From a virus: a DNA stretch of 64,000 nt. Each line of letters opens with the position of its first letter. Within the stretch, counting starts at the first letter, position 1. Of this stretch, positions 28,042-37,846 are shown piece by piece. The notes under the pieces are model-generated. The model searched no databases. It saw only the letters and a list, made by a program, of their open reading frames with translations, and was not told where the DNA came from. The translations under genes were made by a program, and so were the position numbers. The DNA lies in IMG/VR virus record IMGVR_UViG_3300023171_000013, positions 2,704 through 66,703 of that record; one strand, given 5' to 3'.

Positions 28042-28956
28042 TTAAGCGTAGAGTCCTTGATTGAAGTTATAGGTAGGTGTTGCTACAGGTTTCGCCGCAG
28101 GAGCAACCGTAGCAGGCTGATTCGCCATGTAACCAAGACCAGCACCAGCAAGCTGCCCACCCAGTTGACCGAACGAGTTCCACATTTGGGATTTAACCGC
28201 AGCATTTTGTTGTGCAACCGCATTGGCTCCATTGCTATTGCCAATCGCAATATCAGCGATACTGCCTTGAGAAAGACCAACTTGAGGACGCTCGATAGCC
28301 TGTCCCAAAGTAGCAAGAGCCTGACGCCGACCAAACCCAGTATTACTCAAGTTGCTAATACCCCCCAATGCATTGAACTGATTAGCTAGTTCACCCTGAC
28401 CAGCATTGAAATAAGCCTGTCCCGACGACAACGCATTGGTTAAACGATTGTCTCTTAATTGAAGAGAGGTAAGTCCAAGATCACGAGCCGCAAGATCACG
28501 CCCCAATCCCAACCCACCACCCATTGATCCAGCCGCGTTAGCAGCGGAGATTCTTGCTACTTGATTCCTTACATCCAACGGGATTTCTCCACCCAAAGCT
28601 AGATCGGCAGCAGCTACATCGTTTGCCTGCTTCAAAAGAGCCATATCCCCACCACCGGTGCCATTCAGAATCGCCGCATATCTATCCCTCAAAAGACTAG
28701 TGTATTGATCCTCGCCCGACATATCCCCGAGTAAATCCTTAATGGATTGACTGCGAAGCAAAGCAACCTCCGGCGTAAGTTCATTCTCAAGAGCAATAGA
28801 GGCCCGTGCATTCTTGCCAGCAATACCAGATGCCTGACTATTAAGAGCATCAATATCAATACTCTTCGCGGAAGTCTTCCCTGACTTTGCCGCCTGGCTT
28901 GAGGCTACACCGCCGATGACTGCACTACCGACAATTGCTGTTGCTACTGCGCTCAT
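28042..28956 (-). CDS. Putative internal virion (DNA transfer, P22 gp7-like) protein
   Basis: MSAVATAIVGSAVIGG N-terminus; Gly/Ala/Gln-rich. Confidence 0.6.
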   Translation of the reverse strand: MSAVATAIVGSAVIGGVASSQAAKSGKTSAKSIDIDALNSQASGIAGKNARASIALENELTPEVALLRSQSIKDLLGDMSGEDQYTSLLRDRYAAILNGTGGGDMALLKQANDVAAADLALGGEIPLDVRNQVARISAANAAGSMGGGLGLGRDLAARDLGLTSLQLRDNRLTNALSSGQAYFNAGQGELANQFNALGGISNLSNTGFGRRQALATLGQAIERPQVGLSQGSIADIAIGNSNGANAVAQQNAAVKSQMWNSFGQLGGQLAGAGLGYMANQPATVAPAAKPVATPTYNFNQGLYA

Positions 28957-28957
28957 G

Positions 28958-29803
28958 TTATAAGTTGTGTATTTGGGCTAAAGGTTCTCGGTAATCAATA
29001 ACAATCTCCTCCCCAACGTTTCCCCCGCACTGTCCTTCGATTGGACGGATTGCATGAAGATAGATATTGCCGTCATCAGAAAATACCATGTGCGCATTAG
29101 GCGTATTGCTATGGTTTGTAAATCTCCCAAGCGGAGTCCGTTTATTCCCAATCTTTGCAACCCCAACAAGTTCCCCGTTTGAATAGTCTGCTGTTGCAAA
29201 GACTCCCCTGCCATGGATCAGCGATGGTCCTAGCTGATATTTGTAAGTTCCAGCAGGCATTTGAATCATGTCGTCCTCGTTAAGAACAACTGCATCAACA
29301 TCATACTGCTTGAACCCCTTTTCATCTAAAAGAAACTGATAGTCATTTCTCGCAGCCATTGCCAACAACAACTTACTTTCATTTATTGGCCTTCGGTTAA
29401 ACGATTCAGATTTTGTGAGTAATGTGGATTCTAGTTTTTCAACATCTCTCTCTTCTGTTTTGTATAAGTTATACCACACAACATCCTCATGGATATACCC
29501 TATCTTTCTTCCTGCATCTCCTTGAAAAACCATAGGAGCGGAAAGCTCTTTCGTTGTTCCATCATTCAGAAGAACGGTAACTCTTCCCTTCGCAAAGATG
29601 TTTGTGTGGGGAAAATTCTGATGATGACCAACAACAAAAGCCCCAGCGGGAAGCCTTACCTCACGAAGATAAACCCCATCCTCGGGGAAGTGGTGAAACA
29701 CCTCACACTTTACTTGTTCATTTTCAAGCATCGCTTTTTCTAGATTCTCTACCTCAAATCCGGTGATTTCCCCGATGGCACTAAGTGAATCCCTTGAGTT
29801 CAT
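28958..29803 (-). CDS. Cupin-like plus SET-domain fusion protein
   Basis: HHF..GVYLREVRLPAG..VVGHHQ..H cupin; SLIHGRGVFA, RFTNHSNTPNA and GEEIVIDY SET motifs. Confidence 0.85.
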   Translation of the reverse strand: MNSRDSLSAIGEITGFEVENLEKAMLENEQVKCEVFHHFPEDGVYLREVRLPAGAFVVGHHQNFPHTNIFAKGRVTVLLNDGTTKELSAPMVFQGDAGRKIGYIHEDVVWYNLYKTEERDVEKLESTLLTKSESFNRRPINESKLLLAMAARNDYQFLLDEKGFKQYDVDAVVLNEDDMIQMPAGTYKYQLGPSLIHGRGVFATADYSNGELVGVAKIGNKRTPLGRFTNHSNTPNAHMVFSDDGNIYLHAIRPIEGQCGGNVGEEIVIDYREPLAQIHNL

Positions 29804-30867
29804 TACGTCTTGATAATTACGTTTGTTGCCAAAACAGGCATGGTCTTATTGACTCCAAATGCCGCTGAATCTTGAACATAAACTACAGCATCAATAAATC
29901 TAGTTACATCAAATCCAGCCCCGTAATTCCCAATAACGATAAAATCATTTTCTGTTTTTGTAAAACTATATGCCTGCGTTGGGTTTGCATCTAAAACCGC
30001 TCCACTTACTATAACTGAATAAGCAGCAGAAGGAGCAGCATTAGTAAGTGTTACTTTTGGAGAACCAGAATTGTATTCAACATTTGCCACATTGTAGCTT
30101 GCCTCAATACCGCCGCTTTGTGACCACCTAACCCACGCAAACGGAAGCTGACTCTTAACAATACCACCATCACTCGTAATTGCATTGGCCTCGGAACCAG
30201 CCGCCTGACCAAGAACCCAATTCGTAGCACCCGTAGCCGACCCAGTTCCTACTCCCACCAATGTTCTTCCACGTAAATCTGGAAGATTAAAAGTAGTCAG
30301 CAGATCGCCCGCGCCATAAGTTGTTCCGATTATTGAAAACAATGAAGCATAGGTCACACGACTAATAGCCGCACCATTACATACGAGATACCCCGTTGGC
30401 GAAGCTGACCCAGCAAACGGAAGCATTGTGCCGGTTGGAACAGCAGCGTTCACCTTCGTATCTATCTCCGCTTTTGAATAGAAAACGTCCGCATAAACAT
30501 CTGTCCAAGCCCCACTGTAATACTTGAATATCCCCTGTCCCTTCCCAGCACCATCTAGCTTGATCCAAACATCATACTTTGTCTCGTCAGGCTCCGTCGC
30601 TGACAGCACATATTTGAGTGATTCCTGTTCTAGAACCAATGGACCATATGCACCAATTCCATCCTTCCATACCCTCCACGTAATGCCGTTAAGGAGGAAA
30701 GGCCCAGCGTTATACACCGGCTCGATTGCTCCTGATACAAACAAAGCGAACTCTGCCTGACTCTCAATTTGAAGTGCCGTCGCAAGAGCGTCCAAGAATT
30801 GCTGAGGCGTGTATTTTGCGTTAGGAGGAAGCGATCCGGGACGAATTGTTAGCGGAAGAACATTCAT
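29803..30867 (-). CDS. Tail fibre with phage tail collar domain
   Basis: PTGTMLPFAG..PTGYLVCNG...YASLFSIIGTTYG...FNLPDLRGR. Confidence 0.88.
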   Translation of the reverse strand: MNVLPLTIRPGSLPPNAKYTPQQFLDALATALQIESQAEFALFVSGAIEPVYNAGPFLLNGITWRVWKDGIGAYGPLVLEQESLKYVLSATEPDETKYDVWIKLDGAGKGQGIFKYYSGAWTDVYADVFYSKAEIDTKVNAAVPTGTMLPFAGSASPTGYLVCNGAAISRVTYASLFSIIGTTYGAGDLLTTFNLPDLRGRTLVGVGTGSATGATNWVLGQAAGSEANAITSDGGIVKSQLPFAWVRWSQSGGIEASYNVANVEYNSGSPKVTLTNAAPSAAYSVIVSGAVLDANPTQAYSFTKTENDFIVIGNYGAGFDVTRFIDAVVYVQDSAAFGVNKTMPVLATNVIIKT

Positions 30868-30912
30868 TGCGATATTGGTTAAACGGTGGATTCGTTGGTT
30901 ACAAGTAACATC

Positions 30913-32865
30913 TTAGGCATTATCGTTAGCAATCAACCACGATGCTTTCTGAATAGCCGCGATTGTCGCCAGTCTATCAGCAGCCTCCTCGCTTAGTATC
31001 GTCGTAACTGTAGCCTCTGCACACACCTCGACATCGCTTCCCTCTTTCTGGACACACTCAATCTTCGTTGAACTCACGGGCATGAATGGGCCATTCTGAA
31101 CAAACAAAGATTCGTTTGATCCACAACCATCAAAAGAAAGCGTGCGAGGAGCCTGTTCATCTTCTTCACAAGCACCACCATAATTCTCTGCATCGGGTCT
31201 AGCAAAAAGTCTAATTCCATTCACTCCAAGCGCACCATGCCATACAACCAAAAGCGAAAATGCACGGTCGATATTGTTTGGAATATTTGATTCTACACCG
31301 CACGCATTACAATCGTTTGGAGAATCTAGCTCGCCCGTCTTTATCGTGCGAAACTGAGGACGATTCCCGAAGAAGTTCTGATCGCCTTCCGCATCACCAT
31401 AAAGCTGTCCATAAAACACCTGCCCCTCGGAAGCCACGATACGCTTTTCCATGATCTTCTGAAACCCTCCCTTTTGTCCTGCTACAAACACACCAAACTC
31501 AACAGGACCATAAATCTCGCAGGCATAAATCTCGGCATACTCAAAACGCTTCCTATCCCCATTACCAAATGCGTATTCCTTGGTTTGCAAGAAGCACTCA
31601 ATAGGCGTTCCGTTGTCGGCAGGCTCTTGTATGAACGCCTCCCAAATACGGTTTGATCCATCATAGTCCTTTGAAACAAAGAAGGTTCTTTCCTCTGAGA
31701 ACACTTGTCCATGCGCCCAACATACCGGACGCCAGCCAGTCCAATAAGATGCCCATGAATTTGCATCCGTTCCTTCCTGACCAAACGGGTCTTGGTCTAG
31801 TGCCCAAGTATGAGTGTTATAAGAATCCCCATACGGCACACTCATAAGCATGTAGTTCTCGTGGCTCACGCCAGCGATACGGCTCAGGTCTGAACCTACA
31901 GCATACTTACTCGCCATCATCTCATTATCTTGAATCGACAGCTTCGATGAAAGATTTGCCCGAATGGCAGAGTTAAGCGACATCAACCCCTTTGGGCTAT
32001 ACCACCAGATCAATCCGTATTGAGTCGTGATAGAAAGAGGCGCAACACATCCAATGTTTGGGAGAACCGTCTTCTGGAAGTCCACCGTAGTTAGCCACTG
32101 GTAACGGTTCTGGATAGAAGAACGAATGAAAATTCCTTCGTTCTCAGTAAACACAATGATGCCATCCTGATCCGTTGTTTCCACCATACCCGTGCAAGCA
32201 GAAGGCAGATAGAAAGCCCGCGCTTCATTGATATACTGAGTCTCCGTAAACTTTAGTGGGTTCCCAATATCCGAAGCAAACACCTGATTCTCCCTACTCA
32301 CCCATAGCCGGTTATTGCTCCACACGCTCCACAGTCCAACGGGGGTTTCATCCATTCCCTCTGGTGTAATTTCTTCCCCAGATTGAGTGGGGTTAAGGTG
32401 CCGAGAGGCAGACCCATCCCACATCGCCGCACGAGTAAGCCCATCCTGCATGATAAGGACCGCCCGCGGACTATCTAGGAATGTGATCTCGCCTAGATCG
32501 TTATACGAAGTAGATTGAAGGCAGGTCGTAAAACTAATGAATCGGCTAAATGGTGCAAACTGTAGATTAGAAAGCTGGGTGTAGGTCTTAAATGGCGGCG
32601 CACTAACGTAGATTTTCCCATCTACCGCAGCTACTTGATAAGGGTATCCGCTCGCAGGACTAAACAAAGTCATCCCTTGAAGGTTGCCATCAGGCAAACG
32701 TAACAATGAGCGCGAACCCGGACGAGTCTTTGCCACACCACCACGGCAGGTAATGTTCTGCCCAGCAACATAGGCCGTAGCTTCAAGCTGCAATGGCTGC
32801 GAATAGCTATCCATCCCCGTTACAAACGAAGATGACCCGTCTGTTAATTGGCCGGAGTCTGGCAT
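30913..32865 (-). CDS. Podovirus tail nozzle/stabilisation protein (P22 gp10 / T7 gp12-like)
   Basis: 650-aa beta-rich protein with KTRPG, NRLWV..SDIGNP and NIGCVAPLSI patterns; position in the operon. Confidence 0.7.
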   Translation of the reverse strand: MPDSGQLTDGSSSFVTGMDSYSQPLQLEATAYVAGQNITCRGGVAKTRPGSRSLLRLPDGNLQGMTLFSPASGYPYQVAAVDGKIYVSAPPFKTYTQLSNLQFAPFSRFISFTTCLQSTSYNDLGEITFLDSPRAVLIMQDGLTRAAMWDGSASRHLNPTQSGEEITPEGMDETPVGLWSVWSNNRLWVSRENQVFASDIGNPLKFTETQYINEARAFYLPSACTGMVETTDQDGIIVFTENEGIFIRSSIQNRYQWLTTVDFQKTVLPNIGCVAPLSITTQYGLIWWYSPKGLMSLNSAIRANLSSKLSIQDNEMMASKYAVGSDLSRIAGVSHENYMLMSVPYGDSYNTHTWALDQDPFGQEGTDANSWASYWTGWRPVCWAHGQVFSEERTFFVSKDYDGSNRIWEAFIQEPADNGTPIECFLQTKEYAFGNGDRKRFEYAEIYACEIYGPVEFGVFVAGQKGGFQKIMEKRIVASEGQVFYGQLYGDAEGDQNFFGNRPQFRTIKTGELDSPNDCNACGVESNIPNNIDRAFSLLVVWHGALGVNGIRLFARPDAENYGGACEEDEQAPRTLSFDGCGSNESLFVQNGPFMPVSSTKIECVQKEGSDVEVCAEATVTTILSEEAADRLATIAAIQKASWLIANDNA

Positions 32866-32874
32866 AGTCTGCTA

Positions 32875-33846
32875 CTAGTAAAACATTCCTTCCGCACCGC
32901 AACTCCATTCATCAGTTCGGATAACTTGAGGTGCAGAAAGAGCCGTTGCAGGTTTGCGTGACTCAGCCTCTTCGCTCAACAAACGCGATGCCTCATTTTC
33001 CGCAGCACGAGCCTGCTCAAAGTTATTAGCATCACGGAACTTCACCGCTTTAACCGCAAGCAGCAAAGCCTCTCGATTATCCAAGTTGATCCAGTCCTCA
33101 CGACTAATAATCTCCGTCGTCTTTTTCTTGTAGGCAATGCGCACATGCCGAGTTCCAGCAGGAGCATTAACACGAAGCCTGCGATAAGACGGATCAAGCT
33201 CCCACGGTTGATAATACCCAAGCCGGTAAAGCTCCTCGGTAGTCGCTAGAGGATTCACGGCAACCAACTCAACATATCCATTGGTATCTACTTTCTGCAC
33301 TCGATCAATTCGAGCAATAGCCGGAGCAGTGGAGTTCACCGAAGGAAACCCAAATACCAAAGGAACAAGAAACCCGTCCACTGTTTGATCTACTACATCG
33401 CCATCTGTAGAAAAGATTCTATCACCGTTAGAATCCCATCCAAACACACGGACAACCTTATTGTTATCGGACGCTTTCTCTGGCTTGGCTATCAGTTTAA
33501 CCGGACCTGCAAGGTCACGAATAATAGGAACATTCTGCGAGAGAATATCCGAGTAACCGCAATCAGTCTTTAGTTCAGAACCGACACCATTCAAGTGATA
33601 CTGGAACCACTGATCCCTCAGAAGAGTAGGACGGCAACCAGCATTCACCGCTAGAACCGTCTCTACTTCGTAAGGCAGTGTAACTACCCCTTCGTTCAGA
33701 GTAATGTCTATAAATGCAACCGTTGGGTCAAACACTCCCTTGTTAGAGAGCAGACGAACAGCATCGGATAGACGACGGAATACCGTAGCCTCATCACACT
33801 TGCCCAAAGCCGCAACCACATCGGAATATATGAACGAAACACGCAT
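32875..33846 (-). CDS. Putative head-tail adaptor / tail tubular protein A
   Basis: Position upstream of the nozzle; helical ends with a beta-rich core. Confidence 0.55.
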   Translation of the reverse strand: MRVSFIYSDVVAALGKCDEATVFRRLSDAVRLLSNKGVFDPTVAFIDITLNEGVVTLPYEVETVLAVNAGCRPTLLRDQWFQYHLNGVGSELKTDCGYSDILSQNVPIIRDLAGPVKLIAKPEKASDNNKVVRVFGWDSNGDRIFSTDGDVVDQTVDGFLVPLVFGFPSVNSTAPAIARIDRVQKVDTNGYVELVAVNPLATTEELYRLGYYQPWELDPSYRRLRVNAPAGTRHVRIAYKKKTTEIISREDWINLDNREALLLAVKAVKFRDANNFEQARAAENEASRLLSEEAESRKPATALSAPQVIRTDEWSCGAEGMFY

Positions 33847-33851
33847 AAAGA

Positions 33852-34214
33852 TTACTCGTCTTCTTCATCCTTCGATCCACGGCTGATCTTCTCGAAAGTA
33901 GCATCAAGGTCTTCTGTCGATTCTTTGTCTTCCTCGCGCTTATCTGCGTAATCAACCACCGCACCATCACTACCGATTTCATGGACCTCAAGCTCAAGGG
34001 TCTTTTCCCCTTCGCTGGGTTCACGATAACCAAGGATACGGAACTTGATCGTAGCTACGCCGAAACCATCTTCATCTACCTCCATCTTAGGAATGCTTTT
34101 CCCACGAATGTAAAGACAGGGATATTCTTTTCTCTTCTTTCCTTCTTCTTTGGAATCAGAATTGCAGCAGGGAGAACAGGTTTCCCACTCATACGAAACG
34201 TCATGCATTTTCAT
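33852..34214 (-). CDS. Acidic hypothetical protein
   Basis: 120-aa ORF in the virion operon. Confidence 0.6.
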   Translation of the reverse strand: MKMHDVSYEWETCSPCCNSDSKEEGKKRKEYPCLYIRGKSIPKMEVDEDGFGVATIKFRILGYREPSEGEKTLELEVHEIGSDGAVVDYADKREEDKESTEDLDATFEKISRGSKDEEDE

Positions 34215-34256
34215 CGTGAATTAATTTAGATTAGCTGTTTGGTTAAACGGCAAGAC

Positions 34257-34571
34257 TTATCGTTGCCATTTAGAAATTGGACATTTGCTTGCAGCGAGCT
34301 TCACTTTTATCCCGCTACACCCGCACGCCTCGCACTTACCAAGTCCTTTATATCCCCTAGGATTCCAGTTGAGACAACCAAGGCAAGTAGCCTTCCGCTC
34401 TGCCACCACTTCATCAGTAGCTAGAACGGGTTGATTCTTCGCCATCAGCTTCGCGCTAGAGATAGCCACCCCGCCAAGATTCCTCGCCATTGAAATAATC
34501 GTAGGCTTGTGATTGGCCGGAGTCTCTACCTCCATTCTCTTTGTCAGTGGATTGTAGGTTCGTTTAGCCAT
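34257..34571 (-). CDS. Cys-rich protein (DUF6171-like)
   Basis: ERKATCLGC...CEACGC...KCPISKW. Confidence 0.7.
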   Translation of the reverse strand: MAKRTYNPLTKRMEVETPANHKPTIISMARNLGGVAISSAKLMAKNQPVLATDEVVAERKATCLGCLNWNPRGYKGLGKCEACGCSGIKVKLAASKCPISKWQR

Positions 34572-34598
34572 AAATTATGATTGTTTTCTCGGGCTTCG

Positions 34599-35288
34599 TC
34601 AGAAGCTATAAAAAGAAAGTGAACCAGTAATCCCATATCCGCTACCCATAGCTGTTCCAACAAGCCTCGCCTCCCACTCCAATTCGTAGCCCGCAATGGT
34701 CGCCGTTCCAGTAGCCTCTATACTACCCCCCGTAAAAGCCCCATTGGGGTTCTTTATAACGATAGCCGAAGCCTCTGCGCCACTATGATCCAACGTAAAT
34801 CGGTAATAGAGCCTCCACCTCTGAGATGTAAAATCGAATGCAAGCGCAAATCCCGCAGTTAGCGATTCGTTGGCTTCATCTCCAAGATAAATTGCCGTTC
34901 CCACTCCTATCACTTTATCACTCGTAAAACCAGACACGCGATCATCAGGCTCTGTCGCCGCCGCATCTGGATTTATGCTGGCTCCATTCTGTGCCATAAC
35001 ACCAGAAAAAGTAAAAGCATCAAACTCAGCATCCTGAATTGGAAGTGGCAGTATTAAAGCCCTGCTAAATGAAGTGCTTTCAGGCGGTGGAGTTAGATAG
35101 GTAAGCGTCCCAGTGGGAATAAACTGAATAGACTCAAGTAGCCACCATAGGCGACGCGCCTCAGCCAGCCCCTTATCCCCGCCCGTCTCATCCAAAGCCA
35201 CATAATCGTAATCTCCCGCTGGTAATGGCGCAGATGATGGCGGGAATGGAAGCGGCCTAGGATGCTTAAATGGTGCAGCAATACTCAT
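34599..35288 (-). CDS. Putative virion protein
   Basis: 229-aa beta-rich ORF in the late operon. Confidence 0.55.
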   Translation of the reverse strand: MSIAAPFKHPRPLPFPPSSAPLPAGDYDYVALDETGGDKGLAEARRLWWLLESIQFIPTGTLTYLTPPPESTSFSRALILPLPIQDAEFDAFTFSGVMAQNGASINPDAAATEPDDRVSGFTSDKVIGVGTAIYLGDEANESLTAGFALAFDFTSQRWRLYYRFTLDHSGAEASAIVIKNPNGAFTGGSIEATGTATIAGYELEWEARLVGTAMGSGYGITGSLSFYSF

Positions 35289-35848
35289 AGTGTTTCGTAG
35301 ATAAGCCAGCCGTCAAAGAAAGTATCTGTGTCTGAATTGTATAGTCCGCCGAAGAATTCAACCGTATATCCACTTGGTGCATCCGGCTCCTCTCCGCTTC
35401 CATTTAAATGAACCCACAGCACACCAAGCCCACCACCACCATCCACCGTCACATTAAGATTAAACGATACCCAACCAAAATCCTCCATCTCGTCATCCAA
35501 TCCCGTTGAAAGAAAGTTCCTCTCAACGGGCGTTCCACCATCATCAATAGTATATTCAGCCAAAACAGGAGGGCTAGGCGGCGAACACTCCAATGCTGCT
35601 TCCGCTTGTGCCGTAGCCACAGCCAACGCCTGTGCATCGGCTATCTCTTGGCTCTGATAGGACACATACTCACCCGCTGGAATGGTAACTTCAACAGGAG
35701 TTCCCGTAAGTGGTGGAGTGCAGGTGGCCGTATAGCTCTGTTCAGTATTCTCAAATCGCGTAGCCACATCATCATTGAGCACAGCCCTATACCCAAGATT
35801 TGCTACCCTTGGAGTGATTGGAACTAGGCTTCTGAATGGGCATCCCAT
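35285..35848 (-). CDS. DUF5977-like domain virion protein
   Basis: FENTEQSYTATC...PAGEYVSYQSQEIADAQA...C pattern. Confidence 0.6.
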   Translation of the reverse strand: MGCPFRSLVPITPRVANLGYRAVLNDDVATRFENTEQSYTATCTPPLTGTPVEVTIPAGEYVSYQSQEIADAQALAVATAQAEAALECSPPSPPVLAEYTIDDGGTPVERNFLSTGLDDEMEDFGWVSFNLNVTVDGGGGLGVLWVHLNGSGEEPDAPSGYTVEFFGGLYNSDTDTFFDGWLIYETL

Positions 35849-35852
35849 ACCA

Positions 35853-36035
35853 TTACTCCTTGGTCTTTTCTTTCCTCAGAAGCGAGCGAATTGTCAGAAG
35901 CGAAACAATAAGCGCGGCAAGGCCCGCGCTTATCTGGATAAACCACGTTATCTGCCCCTGCCATGAAGTAACAGCCCCAGTCCATGCTAAGATATTTCCT
36001 CCAAAGAGTTTCACTTTGTCTGTTATTTCGTTCAT
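35853..36035 (-). CDS. Putative holin
   Basis: 60 aa, hydrophobic segments, basic C-terminus. Confidence 0.55.
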   Translation of the reverse strand: MNEITDKVKLFGGNILAWTGAVTSWQGQITWFIQISAGLAALIVSLLTIRSLLRKEKTKE

Positions 36036-36077
36036 AGGTATTTTTTCAATTAAAATATGAGGGATTGCCCTAGTTAT

Positions 36078-36755
36078 TTAAGCCCTCTCTGACTTATCAT
36101 GCAACCGATTTGAATGCATCATTGTTGCAGTAAACCCGCCAGTAACTACAAGCCCTACAATTACCCAAGTTGGATTTTTGTAAGCCCACTCGTAGGCAAA
36201 TCCTATAGCGAATAGCGTTGCGCCGAATGCAAGCACGCCAAAAATCACTTGCTTTCCAATGATCGGGAAAGCCGCAGTTATGCTAGATAAAGCAAAGAAT
36301 CCGAAAACAGAAATCGCCATTACTACAGAGCCACCACCCATAAGAGACGCCCTAAGCCAGAAAAAGAATCTGTCATTTGCCTTAACCACTTCCGCCATAA
36401 GCGCAGCCTTTTCCTTTTCGCCTTCTGCTTCCTTTCGCTTGTAGGCATCTATAATGACATTGAACTGAGAAGCCGGAGCCTTACGCACCGATTCTCGTTG
36501 AGACGCCGTAGCAGCCTTGATTTCACCAGCAATAGGCGATGGAAACAAGGCGAACCAATCATCCACTCTTGAATCAATTCTATCCGCCCAATCTATCACA
36601 CTGCGATCCTTTCCATCCTGTGCCTCAAACAATGGCTTTGCATCAATAGGCTGCCGCACAACAGGGAGCACGCTCTTGCAAGCAGGAAGGAAAATGCTCA
36701 CGGAAAACAAACACCAGATAAGCACCACACGAACACACAGATTTTTATTACTCAT
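36078..36755 (-). CDS. Lipoprotein with C-terminal transmembrane helices (possible spanin)
   Basis: Signal peptide with LPAC lipobox, helical linker, three C-terminal hydrophobic segments; next to the putative holin. Confidence 0.5.
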   Translation of the reverse strand: MSNKNLCVRVVLIWCLFSVSIFLPACKSVLPVVRQPIDAKPLFEAQDGKDRSVIDWADRIDSRVDDWFALFPSPIAGEIKAATASQRESVRKAPASQFNVIIDAYKRKEAEGEKEKAALMAEVVKANDRFFFWLRASLMGGGSVVMAISVFGFFALSSITAAFPIIGKQVIFGVLAFGATLFAIGFAYEWAYKNPTWVIVGLVVTGGFTATMMHSNRLHDKSERA

Positions 36756-36759
36756 AAAA

Positions 36760-37197
36760 TTATATGATAGCCCAAGTATCGGCTGCGATCTTAACAAGCC
36801 TACGACTCAACCCATCCCCTAGATTAAACGGTGCAGAATATCCACGAATCGTGGTGGCCCCATCAATCGTGAGTGCCGTGATCTGAAACAGCGTGGAGAT
36901 AATTACCTCTTGCCCAATAGTGCTATTCGCATCCGACGGCAAAGTTACCGTATGCGTTGCAATGGTTCCGGCTCCTTCAAGATTCAGGAGCTGATTAAAC
37001 TCATCGTCATTAAAAAGAGTAGTTCCTGCATCCACGGGAACCGCGTCTATCACATCCATGCGCAGGCTAACGTGCCGCGAAGTAAAGTCAGAATACTTAA
37101 TCGCCAACCCACCAGTCGTGGTTGCCCCTAACGCAATTGCGCCAGCCCTAACCGGCCATGAGGAAAGAACCGTTTGAAGAAGCGAAAGATTTGCCAT
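36760..37197 (-). CDS. Tail-associated protein paralogous to the tailspike C-terminus
   Basis: AGTIATHTVTLPSDANSTIGQ...QITALT...ADTWA versus tailspike AGTLAALTVNLPSNANSRIGQ...QITALT...ANTWA. Confidence 0.7.
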   Translation of the reverse strand: MANLSLLQTVLSSWPVRAGAIALGATTTGGLAIKYSDFTSRHVSLRMDVIDAVPVDAGTTLFNDDEFNQLLNLEGAGTIATHTVTLPSDANSTIGQEVIISTLFQITALTIDGATTIRGYSAPFNLGDGLSRRLVKIAADTWAII

Positions 37198-37208
37198 ACA
37201 ACAAACGG

Positions 37209-37841
37209 CTAAACTGAATACAGAACTCCATCAACAACTAATTCCCCATCAACTTCGATAGGGAAAGAAAAGGGACTCTGTGTATTCGCAAACACCTCGA
37301 ATCTTCCACCGGCAGGAATAGCTAATGGAACCGCACCAAAATTTGATCCCAACAAACTCATTCCTTTTACAATACCATCGCGGTAAACAAACCCCCATAG
37401 CTCTTGCATCACCGCCGCATTCACTTGCGCCAAACGAGTTCCCAGTCCAACCGATGGATTGCCTGCATCACCATTAGCATTAGCCACGGTTAGCCCAGCC
37501 GAAACACCAAGCGTGCGAACAGCCGAAGTCCCATCACTTCGTTTAACCAATATACCCCCTGCTAGAGCGGACAACGACTCAAGAAACACAGTTCTTTGAA
37601 GGCCTCCAATATTTGCCAATGCCTGCAATGGATCGGCTACATCCGAAAGATTATTCGCCTTCTGCAAAAACTCTTCCCCAGTATTTCCATTCTGCTCCGC
37701 AAACAGATTAAGAATAGCCTTGGTCGCAAGCACAGCAAACGCCTCCTGCCCAATAGGAGGATTTGGAACCTGCTGTGCCGCGAGTAGCTCTAGCAGGTTT
37801 TGCTCCGGCGATGTGACCTGATTATAAACCGGCAGAGCCAT
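37209..37841 (-). CDS. Tail fibre-like protein
   Basis: LQKANNLSDVAD..ALANIG and GLTVANANGDAGNP fibre motifs; N-terminus resembles the tailspike N-terminus. Confidence 0.7.
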   Translation of the reverse strand: MALPVYNQVTSPEQNLLELLAAQQVPNPPIGQEAFAVLATKAILNLFAEQNGNTGEEFLQKANNLSDVADPLQALANIGGLQRTVFLESLSALAGGILVKRSDGTSAVRTLGVSAGLTVANANGDAGNPSVGLGTRLAQVNAAVMQELWGFVYRDGIVKGMSLLGSNFGAVPLAIPAGGRFEVFANTQSPFSFPIEVDGELVVDGVLYSV

Positions 37842-37846
37842 AGAGT

